A stretch of DNA of 64,000 nucleotides from an uncultured Gemmatimonadales bacterium (GTDB lineage: Bacteria > Gemmatimonadota > Gemmatimonadetes > Gemmatimonadales > Gemmatimonadaceae). Positions 1-10,439 of this stretch are shown here, piece by piece. Each line of letters starts with the position of its first letter. The stretch's first letter is position 1. Where the stretch lies: NCBI GenBank assembly GCA_963707505.1, contig CAVPQB010000003.1, positions 288,001 through 352,000 on the forward strand. Reading direction: 5' to 3'. A model generated the notes under the pieces. That model made no database searches. It was not told where the DNA came from and saw only the letters and a program-made list of their open reading frames with translations. The position numbers and the translations under genes were made by a program.

Positions 1-874
1 TGCGCATGTGGCGAAGCTCGTAGACCTGCGCCACCTCGCCGCCCAGTATGAAAACCATCGACGCGTAATACACCCACAACACGACTATCACGAGCGCCGC
101 GATGGTGCCGGTGTACAGCGAGCCTGGCTTGAACGAGGTGACGTAGTACGCGAACGCAGATTTGGCGATCTCGAACATCACGCCGGTAAACGTGCAGGCG
201 ATCAACGCGGTCTGCCAGCGCATCTTCTTGTACGGAAGATATTTGTAGAGGCCGAAGAACAGCGCCGCTATGAACACGAACGCCACGATTCGTCCGATCG
301 TGTATTCAAGCGTGCCCATCACGTCCTGACGAATGCCGAGCGCCGCCAGCACGGCGACACCGCGCGACGAGGCTATCGCGATGTACGCGGACAGTCCTGT
401 ATATGCGACGAACAGGAGCGACGACACGACGGTAACCTTCACGTCATACACCTTGCCGTCGATGATGCCGCGGTCCACCTCGATGTCGAATATCGCGTTG
501 AGGATCGAGCGCAACGATCCGAACAGTCGTGTGGAGAACCAGATGAATCCGATCGCGGAGTACAGGCCTACTGCGCCGCGCGCTGCAATGATCTTTGCAA
601 CCACGCTCGTCACGGGGTCGCTCGTACTCGGTGGCAGGAAGCGATTGACGAGAGCAACAATCTCGTCCGTCGCGGCAAGCGTGGACTGATTCAGCAGATA
701 CGTAAGCGATGTGGCGAACAGCAGCAGGAATGGAACGATCGCGATCAGAATGTTGAACGAGATTCCGCCCGCGAGAAAAAAAATGTTATCATCGCCGCTA
801 TTGTCCCACACGCGCCGCACGTAGTCAGCGAAGCCTACCCAGAATCGCTTGAGCCACGGGCGCTCCTGGCCCAC
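1..874 (-). CDS. YihY/virulence factor BrkB family membrane protein (3' end outside window)
   Basis: Manual translation from GTG at 874: ...DNIFFLAGGISFNILIAIVPFLLL... and near the edge VLWVYYASMVFILGGEVAQVYELR, typical YihY motifs. Absent from the ORF track because no stop lies in the window. Confidence 0.85.
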   Translation of the reverse strand, partial: MGQERPWLKRFWVGFADYVRRVWDNSGDDNIFFLAGGISFNILIAIVPFLLLFATSLTYLLNQSTLAATDEIVALVNRFLPPSTSDPVTSVVAKIIAARGAVGLYSAIGFIWFSTRLFGSLRSILNAIFDIEVDRGIIDGKVYDVKVTVVSSLLFVAYTGLSAYIAIASSRGVAVLAALGIRQDVMGTLEYTIGRIVAFVFIAALFFGLYKYLPYKKMRWQTALIACTFTGVMFEIAKSAFAYYVTSFKPGSLYTGTIAALVIVVLWVYYASMVFILGGEVAQVYELRHMR

Positions 875-884
875 GGGATCGACC

Positions 885-1289
885 TTACAGGCTGTTCGCT
901 TCGCGCCGCGCCGCCTTGTTCTCGGCGATTCGGCGCTCGAGATCAGAACGCGCTTCGCTCGCGGCATAGCGGCCCGCATCAACTGCGTCGAGGACCTGAT
1001 CCTGTCCGCGACGGACGGCCCTGCGGGCTGCACCGACGCGCTCGGTGACACGATCGCGCACCCCGTTCACCTGTGACGTCACGTTGTCGGCGACGTCAGT
1101 TGCGACGTTGCGCACGCGGTCACCTGCGCGCCGCGCGCGCGATTCGATCATGCGCCTGGTATCGGCGCCACTGCGAGGTGCCAGCAACAGCGCGATTCCA
1201 GCGCCGATCGCAACACCGATCAGGAGCGTCCCGATGCCGGGTTCGTCTCGCTCGATCACTACGAAGGGCTCACGTTCGAAGTCACGCAT
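885..1289 (-). CDS. YtxH domain-containing protein
   Basis: GVAIGAGIALLLAPRSGADTR is the YtxH signature, followed by a helical region. Confidence 0.85.
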   Translation of the reverse strand: MRDFEREPFVVIERDEPGIGTLLIGVAIGAGIALLLAPRSGADTRRMIESRARRAGDRVRNVATDVADNVTSQVNGVRDRVTERVGAARRAVRRGQDQVLDAVDAGRYAASEARSDLERRIAENKAARREANSL

Positions 1290-1291
1290 GA

Positions 1292-2606
1292 TTACCTCTT
1301 CCCTGTGCGGGTCGTTTTGGATTTCGGTTTTGCGGCGGTCTTGCCGGCCGATGTCTTCTTTGGCGCGGCCTTCTCGATCGCAGGAGCTGGTGCAGCAACC
1401 GCCGCCGCGGCGAGGCGAAGATGTCGAGGCATTATGTCCTGCGCGGTCACGATCGTCCCGCGCGCCATGATCACCGCCCGCTCGACTGCATTCTTCAGCT
1501 CACGAACGTTACCGGGCCAGTGGTACGCGTGAATCCACGCCCACGCATCCTCGTCGAAACCGTTGAGTTGCTTGCTGTTCTGCCGCGAGAAGCGCAGCAG
1601 GAATTCGTTCGCGAGAAGCTGGATGTCGCTCACCCGCTCGCGCAGCGCGGGCAGAAACAGCTCGACCACTGCCAGACGATAGTAAAGATCCTCGCGCAAC
1701 TCGCCGTCTTCGAGCGCCTTCTGCAGATCCATGTTGGTCGCGGCAACTATCCGGATGTCGACCGCGATCTCCTTCTTGCCGCCCAGTCTGCGCACGCTGC
1801 GGCTCTCGATGGCGCGCAGCAGCTTCACCTGGATGTCGGTGGGCATCTCAGCGACTTCGTCGAGGAATATCGTGCCGCCGTCGGCCATCTCGAATGCGCC
1901 GGGCTTTTCGTTGATCGAGCCGGTGAAGGCGCCCTTTTCATGCCCGAATAATTCATTCTCGAGAATGTCCTTGGGCAGTGCCGCGCAGTTGAGCGCAAAG
2001 AACGGACCCTTGGCACGGTCGCTCTTGGAATGCACCGCGCGAGCGACCAGCTCCTTGCCCGTACCGGATTCACCGAGGATCAGTACCGATGCGCTCGATG
2101 GCGCAACCGCATCGATGATCTGGTAAACTCCACGCATCTCTTCGGACTGGCCGGTCAGCTCACCGTAGTGCGTGAGCGTCTCGAGCTTGGATGCAAGCTC
2201 GCGGTTTTTCTGGCCGATGGCGTACTTCTCCAGCGCTTTTGGAATGAGCGCCTTGAGGCGGTTCAGCTTCTCCGAATTGAGCGGCTTCTCGATGTAGTCG
2301 TATGCACCCTCGCGCATCGCCTGAACCGCGGAGTCGACGGTCGCCTGCCCCGTGATGATGATGCACTCCGTCGGAATGCTCTTGTCCTGAAGAGCCTTGC
2401 AGCAACGAGAGGCCGTCAACCCTGGGCATCATCAGATCAGCGAGGACTACACCGTAATCGCCGCCCTGAAGCTCATCCAGCGCCTTCTGGCCATCGGCGC
2501 AGATCGACACGTCGTATCCCTCGTCGGAAAGGATCGCGCTCAGGCCCTGTGTTATCGCCTGCTCATCGTCGGCGACCATGATTCTGGGCTTCGTGCTAGC
2601 TGCCAT
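1292..2606 (-). CDS. Sigma-54-dependent response regulator (REC + AAA+), no C-terminal HTH; frameshift near 2400
   Basis: REC half in ORF 2160..2606 (IMVADDE, DLMMP). AAA+ half in ORF 1292..2419: GESGTGKE, GAFTGS, FLDEV, WPGNVREL. Confidence 0.9.
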
Positions 2607-2620
2607 GCGTTGGTGTGTTC

Positions 2621-2911
2621 TCAGGAATGTGGATTGGGATCGGCCGGAGCAGACCCAGCGGAACGCGCACTGCGGTGCGACCCCGCAGCTTCCGCAACAT
2701 CAGCGACAAGATCAGCATAACGCTTGTGCAGTCGTGTAGCAGTGTCGAGCTGTTGCACGGCTGTTTCAATAAACGGTGCTACCTGCGTGACATCGGCGCC
2801 GCGCTCGACGCGGCTGCGCGCAACCTCGAGGTTGACAGCTACCCCGTTCAGCGCGTTCCGGACATCGTGGGCCAACTGTCTGAGCTCGGCCGCGGTATCA
2901 CGCTCATTCAC
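2621..2911 (-). CDS. Small stand-alone HisKA (H-box) domain protein
   Basis: LRQLAHDVRNALNGV resembles an H-box. At 96 aa there is no HATPase domain. Tightly packed between fba and the regulator. Confidence 0.6.
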   Translation of the reverse strand: MNERDTAAELRQLAHDVRNALNGVAVNLEVARSRVERGADVTQVAPFIETAVQQLDTATRLHKRYADLVADVAEAAGSHRSARSAGSAPADPNPHS

Positions 2912-2917
2912 AAAAAC

Positions 2918-4333
2918 TCAATCACTCAGATCCGCGTCGTCAGGTGCCGCTTCGACTACAGCAAGGTCGGGGTGCGGCATCGGACGATGTTGTGCGGGAG
3001 TATGAACGTACTTCGCGACCAGCCCACGCGTGTCGTGGATGTTCAGCTGCCTGAAAAGGAACCCGAACTTCTCGTCGTACGCCTTCGCCATCGCCTCCTT
3101 CACGTCGGCAGGCATGTCCCAGATCTTACGCTTGAACGGACCGAGCGCTTTCTTGCGGGTCTTGTAATAGAATTGCTCGTCCGTGTCCGTGGGCTTGCGC
3201 TCGTCCTTCGTGTTCACGTCCAGCCACGCGTAGATCTCCTTGCGCAGTGATTCGTGCATGTGGTCGAACAACATGTTCTGAAAATTCGTCGCGAGGTGAA
3301 TCTCGCAAGTGCCGGTACCCGGGAACTTGTGGAACAGCTCGTCCGGAAGCGTCGAGGCGCCGTGTTGCACTGCACCCGCGAGACCGTATTCCTTGCGCGC
3401 GATATCGGACAACGTGGTGAGCGTGCCGAAGTCGATCGCGACTTCCTTGATCGATCCGTCGGGAAGCACTATGCCACCGTGCGAGGTACCCGACTGCACG
3501 CTGACCTTGGACAGACCTTCTGTGCCGGGTGTTTCGCGACCAAGAAGGCTGTTGAAGCCATCCATGTAGGCACGCAGCTCTTCGGGTGTCGAGTTCTCGG
3601 TTCCGACTTCGCCGATCTCGCCGCCGAGTGAGATGGTGATGCCTGCTGGCTGAAGACCGCGAATGAAGGCAGCGATGTCCGCGCACTGCTCGACGTTGGT
3701 GCGCTGTTGCTCTGCGAGCGTCGGCCTGGAGAGATCGACGAGCGTGGATGTGTCGATATCGATATTGTAGAAGCCCGCTGCGACCGCTTCCACCGCGAGT
3801 TGCTTGACCGCGCCAGCTTCCTGATCCGGACTCGTCGCGAACTTCTTCGCGCTGATCTGAAAATGGTCGCCCTGAATGAAGAGCGGGCCGCGGAAGCCCT
3901 CGCGAATCGCGGCCGCAAGCATTACCGAGGCATACTCGCCCGGCCGCTGATCGGTGTAGGCAATCTCGGAGCGCGCGATCTCGAGCACGAACGCGCCTGC
4001 GTTCAGCTTGTTCGCCGCACGAAATACCGCGCGCGCCGTGTCGTACGCCATTCCGCGCACGTTGATCGCCGGAACGGTGACATCGTCGTACGCACCCTTG
4101 CCGCGCGCGATGTAAAGGTCGTGGATCGACGCGGGATGAATGCCGACAGCCTGCGCTATCTCCCAGATCAGCCAACGCGCGTCAGCCTTCTGGTCCTCGT
4201 CGCCGAATACCGCCTGGCGAACGAGCGTATCCATGTACGGCCCGGCGACGCGCGACGCATCGGCGACAGAAAGGGCACCATCGTTGACGGTGACCGCACC
4301 TTCGAACAACTGTTCGGTTTTCGTCTGAGTCAT
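2918..4333 (-). CDS. fba: Class II fructose-bisphosphate aldolase family protein
   Basis: VPAINVRG, QGDHFQ, GEIGEVG, GTSHGG, QHGAS motifs. True start MTQTKTEQ at 4333; the longer ORF call runs into pgi. Confidence 0.85.
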   Translation of the reverse strand: MTQTKTEQLFEGAVTVNDGALSVADASRVAGPYMDTLVRQAVFGDEDQKADARWLIWEIAQAVGIHPASIHDLYIARGKGAYDDVTVPAINVRGMAYDTARAVFRAANKLNAGAFVLEIARSEIAYTDQRPGEYASVMLAAAIREGFRGPLFIQGDHFQISAKKFATSPDQEAGAVKQLAVEAVAAGFYNIDIDTSTLVDLSRPTLAEQQRTNVEQCADIAAFIRGLQPAGITISLGGEIGEVGTENSTPEELRAYMDGFNSLLGRETPGTEGLSKVSVQSGTSHGGIVLPDGSIKEVAIDFGTLTTLSDIARKEYGLAGAVQHGASTLPDELFHKFPGTGTCEIHLATNFQNMLFDHMHESLRKEIYAWLDVNTKDERKPTDTDEQFYYKTRKKALGPFKRKIWDMPADVKEAMAKAYDEKFGFLFRQLNIHDTRGLVAKYVHTPAQHRPMPHPDLAVVEAAPDDADLSD

Positions 4334-4341
4334 GGTTGAAT

Positions 4342-5727
4342 TTAGCGTCCCTGCGACCAGCGCGGGTCGGGCTTGGGGAGGGCGTCCCACTGGGCCTTTG
4401 CGGCCTCGGCGCCAGGCCTGCCCAGCAGCGCATACGCGAATTGCTTGCCCAACTCGACGCCGGGCTGGTTGAATGCGTTGACTCCGTACATCTGGCCCGC
4501 GTAGGCGGTGGCGAGCTCGAACATCATCATGAGCGCGCCAACGCCGCGAGCATCGACCTTCTCCATTCGGACCGTGAGATTGCTCCGGCCGCGTTTGGCC
4601 AGCGCGCCAGCCGTGGCTCGCTGTTCGATGTTGAGGAGTTCGCCCAGCGTGTGGCCGCCGAGGTAGCCAAGCTCGGTGACGTGCTCGAACGCGGATGGGA
4701 TAACGATGTCGGTCCCGTGATCTTCGACGGCGATGAATGCGATCACCTTGTTGGCCGGTCCTTCCATGAACGATTGAACCTGGCTGTGCTGATCGGTCGA
4801 ACCGAGCGCTGGGAGCGGCGTGCTTCCAACTGATTTCCCGTCCCCGCGATGCTTGCCGAGTGATTCTGCCCAGAGCTGCACGAACCACGCGGCGAAATCC
4901 CGCAATGGATCCGCATAGGGCATGAGCACATCGACTACGCGCCCGTGACGTACGTCGCTCATGTAGAAGAGAGAGCCGATTATTCCCGCGGGATTGTCCA
5001 TCAGGTCAGTCGTCGCGCACCTGTCGAGCATCTCGCCGGCGCCCACGAGGAGGTCCGCAACGTTTATTCCGAGCAACGCCGCCGGAAGCGTTCCCACCGG
5101 AGTGAGCACGCTGTAACGCCCTCCCACTCCGGGCGGAATGTCAAGCGCCGGGACACCGAGCTCGCCTGCGAGTGGTCTCAAAGCGCCGGTCTTGGGATCG
5201 GTGACGAAAACGAAGTGATCCGCCACCTTGAGGCCGGCGTTCGTCACGCGCTCATGAGCGATGAGAAACTGCGACATCGTTTCTGCAGTGCCACCGGATT
5301 TCGAAGTGACGATGAACAGCGTGCGCTCCAATGCGAGCCTGTCGAGCAATGCCGCAATCGTCACCGGATCGATGTTGTCGAGCACGTGCAGGCGCGGATG
5401 GCCCGATCGTTCGTCGCCAGATAGCTCGTTCCAGCCAGAGCTGCACAGAGCGGTCTTGAGCGCGATCGGACCGAGCGCGGATCCACCGATTCCGAGTATG
5501 ATCGCGTCATCGTAGCGCCCGCGACTGCGTCCTGCAAAATCGATTGCCTGTTGCAGCAGCGGGGCATTGCGCGGCAGATTCATGAAATCGGCGACGCCAT
5601 CGCTCCGCAGCGTTTCGACTCCCTTGTGAACAGTGGCGAATGCGCCGTACGCCTCGTCCCATTCCTCGTCCGTCACGCCGTTATCGACGGCGCTTGCCAT
5701 CATGTTGGTAAAGTCGATCGAAATCAT
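4342..5727 (-). CDS. pgi: Glucose-6-phosphate isomerase
   Basis: GIGGSALG, SKSGGTAET, VGGRYS, QLWAESLGK, DQHSQ, NQPGVELGK. Confidence 0.95.
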   Translation of the reverse strand: MISIDFTNMMASAVDNGVTDEEWDEAYGAFATVHKGVETLRSDGVADFMNLPRNAPLLQQAIDFAGRSRGRYDDAIILGIGGSALGPIALKTALCSSGWNELSGDERSGHPRLHVLDNIDPVTIAALLDRLALERTLFIVTSKSGGTAETMSQFLIAHERVTNAGLKVADHFVFVTDPKTGALRPLAGELGVPALDIPPGVGGRYSVLTPVGTLPAALLGINVADLLVGAGEMLDRCATTDLMDNPAGIIGSLFYMSDVRHGRVVDVLMPYADPLRDFAAWFVQLWAESLGKHRGDGKSVGSTPLPALGSTDQHSQVQSFMEGPANKVIAFIAVEDHGTDIVIPSAFEHVTELGYLGGHTLGELLNIEQRATAGALAKRGRSNLTVRMEKVDARGVGALMMMFELATAYAGQMYGVNAFNQPGVELGKQFAYALLGRPGAEAAKAQWDALPKPDPRWSQGR

Positions 5728-6500
5728 ATCCGTACCGTCAATCCGTCGAAAGCTGGTTGGATGTCGCGCGGCAGCTCTGCCTCGAGATCGGCGTGAAAGT
5801 TGTCGTGTGTGAGATGAGTCAGGTACGTGCGCTCGGCGCCCAGCTCCCTTGCCGCACTGATCGCTTCAGGCAGGCTCAGGTGGCTCGGATGGTCGGTTCG
5901 GAACAACGCGTTGATGACAAGCACCTTCGCTCCACGGAGTATTGCGGCGGCTTCGGGTGGGATGCTCTTGGCGTCGGTCACGTATGCCAGATCGCCGATA
6001 CGGTATGCAAAAACCGTGACAAGGCCGTGCGGCACAGCGACGGGCGTGACGACGGCGTCGCCGATCGATACGGGTACACCCGGAACAAGTGCTTCAGCCC
6101 GCCCTTCCGGCTTGCTCGTGCCAGGCAACACGCGCATGCTCTCATCGAATATGTACGGAAAGCGCTGGCGCAGGCTGTCGAGTGTCGTGGGCGGTCCGTA
6201 CATCGTCAGTGGCGCAGCCCGGCGATTCGTGATCGCACGAATATCGTCCAAACCGTGCGTGTGATCGGCGTGCTCATGCGTGAATAGAACCGCGTCCACG
6301 CGATCGATGCCGTTTGCGATCAGTTGGAGTCGGAGCTCGGGTGGCGTGTCGATCAGCAGTCGCGTTCCGCCGTTGGTCTCGACCAGCGCCCCTACCCTGC
6401 CGCGCTTGTCGCGCGGATCGGGCGATCTGCACACGGCGCAGCCGCAGCCGATCTGGGGCACGCCGAAGCTCGTGCCGGTGCCGAGGAAGGTGAGCTTCAC
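5724..6500 (-). CDS. MBL-fold metallo-hydrolase (PhnP-like)
   Basis: LGTGTSFGVP, CxCxVC, THEHADHTHG, YVTD, THLTH. Confidence 0.9.
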   Translation of the reverse strand: MKLTFLGTGTSFGVPQIGCGCAVCRSPDPRDKRGRVGALVETNGGTRLLIDTPPELRLQLIANGIDRVDAVLFTHEHADHTHGLDDIRAITNRRAAPLTMYGPPTTLDSLRQRFPYIFDESMRVLPGTSKPEGRAEALVPGVPVSIGDAVVTPVAVPHGLVTVFAYRIGDLAYVTDAKSIPPEAAAILRGAKVLVINALFRTDHPSHLSLPEAISAARELGAERTYLTHLTHDNFHADLEAELPRDIQPAFDGLTVRI

Positions 6501-6554
6501 AACGACGTCACTGGAGCGCTTTGCGCCGCGCTCGGCTCGAGCTCCGGTGTTGAA

Positions 6555-7964
6555 TCACACGACCTCCACTTTGAGCAGATTGGTCGTGCCTGGAATTCCG
6601 AATGGGTGTCCCGCAGTGAAAATCACCCGGTCGCCGGCGGCAGCGAGGTTCAGCTCGCGCACTACCACCTTTCCGACTTCGGCCATCTCGGTGTACGTCG
6701 GGCGCGATTCGGCGACGTGCGGAATCACACCCCACAACAGGGCGAGCTGGTTGCGAGTGCGCGTGTTGTCGGTGAGCGCAAGCACGGGCACGGGCGGGCG
6801 ATGCGACGAGACGATGCGCGCTGAAAAGCCGCTCTTGGTGATGACAACGACGAGTGGCGCGCCGAGCATCCTCACGGCGGCAACGGTCGCAGCCGCGATC
6901 GCGACTTCAGTTGTCACGATTCCTATCTGCCGATTGCGTGAATCGTGGAACTGACGTGAGGGCGGATGTTGCTCGATCTCCGCGATGATGCGACTCATCG
7001 CCTCGACCGCCAGTCGTGGATAACTTCCCGCGGCGGTTTCAGCGGAGAGCATCACGGCATCGGTACCGTCCAGTATTGCGTTCGCCACGTCGCTCGCCTC
7101 GGCACGAGTGGGGCGAGGGTTCGTCACCATCGACTCCAGCATCTGCGTCGCGGTAATCACCGGACGCCCGATCTGATTCGCGAGCGCGATGATCTTCTTC
7201 TGCGCGACGGGCACCTCTTCGAACGGCAGCTCGACGCCAAGATCGCCGCGCGCAACCATGACGCCATCCGATGCACGGATGATGGATTCGATGTTGGCGA
7301 GCGCTGCATCCTTCTCGATCTTCGCTACTATGTTCATCCACGGCGGCAACAGCGCACGCAGCGATGTGATGTCCTCGGCGCGACGCACGAAGCTGAGCGC
7401 GAGATAGTCCAGCTCCTGCTCGATCGCGAACGTAACGTCCGCGATGTCCTTCTCCGTCAGCGAGGGAGCGGAGACCTGCACACCGGGCAGATTCAATCCC
7501 TTGTGGCTTCGGAGCACGCCACCGTGAATGACGCGCGCGTGGACGCGCGGCGCCTGCACGTCGAGCGCTACGAGCTCGATCAGCCCATCGTCGACGAGAA
7601 TGCGGTCGCCGACCTTCACATCGTTGGCGAGTTCTGTATACGTGACCGGTATCTCGCCGCCCATCTCCTCGCCTTCATGCACGAGCGTTACATCGTCGCC
7701 CGGCTTGAGCGGGATGCTCAGTGCCAGATCGCCGATGCGGATGCGTGGGCCCTGAAGATCGCCCAGTATCGCGATTGGCTGCCCGAGCTCGTCGGCTATC
7801 CGGCGGACTGTGCGGATGCGCTCGGCGTGATCGGCGTGCGTACCGTGGGAGAAATTCAGGCGCGCGACGTTCATGCCCGCTTCCGCGATCGCCAGGATCG
7901 CGTCGTGCGTTGCAGTCGATGGACCGAGCGTACAGACTATTTTGGTGCGGCGAATATACGGCAT
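6555..7964 (-). CDS. pyk: Pyruvate kinase
   Basis: RRTKIVCTLGP, RLNFSHG, DLQGP, AKIE, MVARGDLGVE, TQMLESM. Confidence 0.97.
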   Translation of the reverse strand: MPYIRRTKIVCTLGPSTATHDAILAIAEAGMNVARLNFSHGTHADHAERIRTVRRIADELGQPIAILGDLQGPRIRIGDLALSIPLKPGDDVTLVHEGEEMGGEIPVTYTELANDVKVGDRILVDDGLIELVALDVQAPRVHARVIHGGVLRSHKGLNLPGVQVSAPSLTEKDIADVTFAIEQELDYLALSFVRRAEDITSLRALLPPWMNIVAKIEKDAALANIESIIRASDGVMVARGDLGVELPFEEVPVAQKKIIALANQIGRPVITATQMLESMVTNPRPTRAEASDVANAILDGTDAVMLSAETAAGSYPRLAVEAMSRIIAEIEQHPPSRQFHDSRNRQIGIVTTEVAIAAATVAAVRMLGAPLVVVITKSGFSARIVSSHRPPVPVLALTDNTRTRNQLALLWGVIPHVAESRPTYTEMAEVGKVVVRELNLAAAGDRVIFTAGHPFGIPGTTNLLKVEVV

Positions 7965-9076
7965 CAGATCTTGCTGGAGTGAAGCTGCGCGACCTTGGCC
8001 TTGATGCCGGCGCTCAGAGTCTCGAACGATTTTTCGAAGCTCGCAATGCCCTCGCGCAAAAGTGTATCGGTCACGTCGTTGAGGCTGACTCCCGCCTGCG
8101 CGATCGCGGCGAGCTCCGCGCGCGCCTGAGCCATGTCGGCATCCACCGTGCGCGCAACTACACCGTGGTCTCGGAAATCCTCGATCGTTTTCGGCGGCAT
8201 GGTGTTCACCGTGTTGGGACCGATCAGATTTTCGACGTAAAGCACGTCACGGTACGCCGGATTCTTGGTACTCGTGCTGGCCCACAGTGGGCGCTGCACG
8301 CGCGCACCCTTTGCCTCGAGCACGTTCCAGCGTGCTCCGCCAAACTTCGTTACGAAAAGCTGATAGGCCATCTTGGCGTTGGCGATGGCGGCCTTCCCCT
8401 CGTACTGGCGCGCGCTTCCGCCGATCGCCTCGAGACGTTTGTCGACCTCGGTATCCACGCGGCTGACGAAGAAGCTCGCTACGGACGCGATCTTATCGAT
8501 TGGCAATCCCTTCGAGACGCGCGCCTCGAGTCCATCGATGTACGCGTCGATCACACGCTCATGCGCCTTGACTGCGAAAAGCAACGTGATGTTGACGTTG
8601 ATGCCGTCGGTGATGAGCTGCCTCACGGCCTTGGCACCCTCCACCGTCCCCGGAACCTTCACGAGCAGATTGGGACGGTTGACCGTCGCCCAGAGCCGGT
8701 GTGCTTCCTCGATTGTTGCTGCCGCATTGTTCGCCAGATCGGCGGAGACTTCAATCGAAACGTAGCCGTCGTCACCATTGGTGCGATGATAGACATCTGC
8801 GAATACGTCACACGCGTCACGGACGTCCTGCGTCTCCACCAGCTCGAACAACTGCTTGGCGTCGAGTGACGCCGGCGCTGCGCGAAGCTGGTCGTCGTAC
8901 GCATTGCCTTCGGCGAGCGCCTTCTGAAAGATGGTTGGATTCGAGGTCATCCCGGTGAGCATGTCGTCCGTGAGGCGGCGCTCAAGGTCACCGTTATGCA
9001 GCATTGTACGATCTATGTAATCGAGCCAGATCGACTGGCCAGCGTCATGTAACGCCTGAAGGCGATGGTTGTCCAT
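7964..9076 (-). CDS. tal: Transaldolase
   Basis: QSIWLD, GMTSNPTIF, VSIEV, VKVPGT, NVNITLLF, SFFVSRVD, RPLWAST. Likely start MDNHRL at 9076. Confidence 0.95.
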   Translation of the reverse strand: MDNHRLQALHDAGQSIWLDYIDRTMLHNGDLERRLTDDMLTGMTSNPTIFQKALAEGNAYDDQLRAAPASLDAKQLFELVETQDVRDACDVFADVYHRTNGDDGYVSIEVSADLANNAAATIEEAHRLWATVNRPNLLVKVPGTVEGAKAVRQLITDGINVNITLLFAVKAHERVIDAYIDGLEARVSKGLPIDKIASVASFFVSRVDTEVDKRLEAIGGSARQYEGKAAIANAKMAYQLFVTKFGGARWNVLEAKGARVQRPLWASTSTKNPAYRDVLYVENLIGPNTVNTMPPKTIEDFRDHGVVARTVDADMAQARAELAAIAQAGVSLNDVTDTLLREGIASFEKSFETLSAGIKAKVAQLHSSKI

Positions 9077-10439
9077 TGGTGTTTTTGGGTTGACGGTCAA
9101 CTAAATACGCAGCGGAGCGGAAGAGCAAGAGAATCTGACGGTATCCCAGCGATTCGATCACGGCGTACGCGAGCAGCCTGGCGTCCCTGCTTCGCGTGTC
9201 GTTACCGGGAAAAAACGTGATCTGGAACACCACGCTCCATATAGATAGGAGTATGCCGTATCCGACCACCGACGCCAAGTAGGCCCAGGCAAATGACGAA
9301 TCGAGCACGCCTGTCGTGAGCCCCACGACGAGGCCAAGATAGCCCGCCAGCTCCAGAATCGGCGCAATAATGACCCCTAGCCAGAAATACGGCATCGCAA
9401 CGAGCCCGAACATCCCATATTCCGGGTTCAGCAGCATTACCGAGTTGCGAACGAGTGCGCGGCGCAAGCCGTGGATCCAGGCTCTGCGCGTTCGGCCGAT
9501 CGCCCTCATTTCCCCCGAAACGACGAACCATGCCACAGGGTCGGGGATCACCGGCATCGTGGCGTTGATGCCGTTATCTGTCAGATATCGCGACAGCCGC
9601 ATGGCGATGTCGACCGCTGGCACGTCTACATTCGGGTCGAAGCCACCCATGCCGAAGATGTGCTCTCGCTTGAACATCACCGGGTTGCTCGGCACTACGA
9701 TATTGCTCGCGACGCGATTCCAGCCCATCCGCAGATAGACGAAATTCCGCAGAAATTCAACAGTCTGGCAACCGTCGACCCAGCCGCGGCCGCGCCGGAG
9801 TGTGATCTTCCCGTCCCGCAACTGCGCACCACTCGCTGGCCGAAGAATGCCGCTCGCGCACGCCACGGACCGGTCCAACAGAAATGGGCGCGATAGTCTG
9901 AGCAACGCGTCACGCTCGAAGACGACGTTCGGGCCAGCCGCAACGGCATGGGGATATCGCGCGGCATTGATAGCGGCGTTCAACGCGTCGCCTACCGATG
10001 TGTCCGGCATGTCGATGCACAGCAGTCGCGGATGCGTACGCGATCGGTAGTAAGCTCGCACGGGCCTGGTCCGCACGTTGATAGTGAACGCCGGAGGCAC
10101 CTCGTACAGTTGCAACGCAGCGACGAGGTTGCCGAGGGAATCCTCCGACGTACCGTCGACGACGAGAATTACCTCGAAGCGCGGATAGTCGAGTGCGAGC
10201 AGCATCGCCGCGATCTCGACCGGCGGCATCGGCGAATGTTGTAGCGAAGCTATCACGGAAATGGGAGGGAGCGCGTCGGTCCCTACCAGTGCGTGGAAAT
10301 ATTCGTCGTCGGCCAGCTGCCAGTGCGACCACAGTTCCGGAACCGCGCACATCAGCAGAATTGCATGAAACGAGTTGATGACAAGAAAGAAAATCATGAT
10401 CGTCATCATCACCACGAACAGAATTCCGGCGATCGTCAT
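9045..10439 (-). CDS. GT2-family (PgaC/IcaA-like) membrane protein with degenerate catalytic motifs
   Basis: N-terminal TM, LDYPRFEVILVVDG, DALNAAINAARYP, PDPVAW and C-terminal TMs match GT2. DxD, (T/G)ED and QxxRW are substituted. Start MTIAG at 10439. Confidence 0.8.
   Translation of the reverse strand: MTIAGILFVVMMTIMIFFLVINSFHAILLMCAVPELWSHWQLADDEYFHALVGTDALPPISVIASLQHSPMPPVEIAAMLLALDYPRFEVILVVDGTSEDSLGNLVAALQLYEVPPAFTINVRTRPVRAYYRSRTHPRLLCIDMPDTSVGDALNAAINAARYPHAVAAGPNVVFERDALLRLSRPFLLDRSVACASGILRPASGAQLRDGKITLRRGRGWVDGCQTVEFLRNFVYLRMGWNRVASNIVVPSNPVMFKREHIFGMGGFDPNVDVPAVDIAMRLSRYLTDNGINATMPVIPDPVAWFVVSGEMRAIGRTRRAWIHGLRRALVRNSVMLLNPEYGMFGLVAMPYFWLGVIIAPILELAGYLGLVVGLTTGVLDSSFAWAYLASVVGYGILLSIWSVVFQITFFPGNDTRSRDARLLAYAVIESLGYRQILLLFRSAAYLVDRQPKNTNGQPSPSGVT

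Noticed and set aside
8..1048. 346-aa plus-strand ORF and similar long antisense ORFs (e.g. 6966..7982, 7721..8869, 19591..20826, 28423..29658)
   Set aside because: Shadows of recognisable minus-strand genes in high-GC DNA; no motifs.
2918..4888. 656-aa extended aldolase
   Set aside because: The N-terminal part is an alternate frame of pgi; the real start is 4333.
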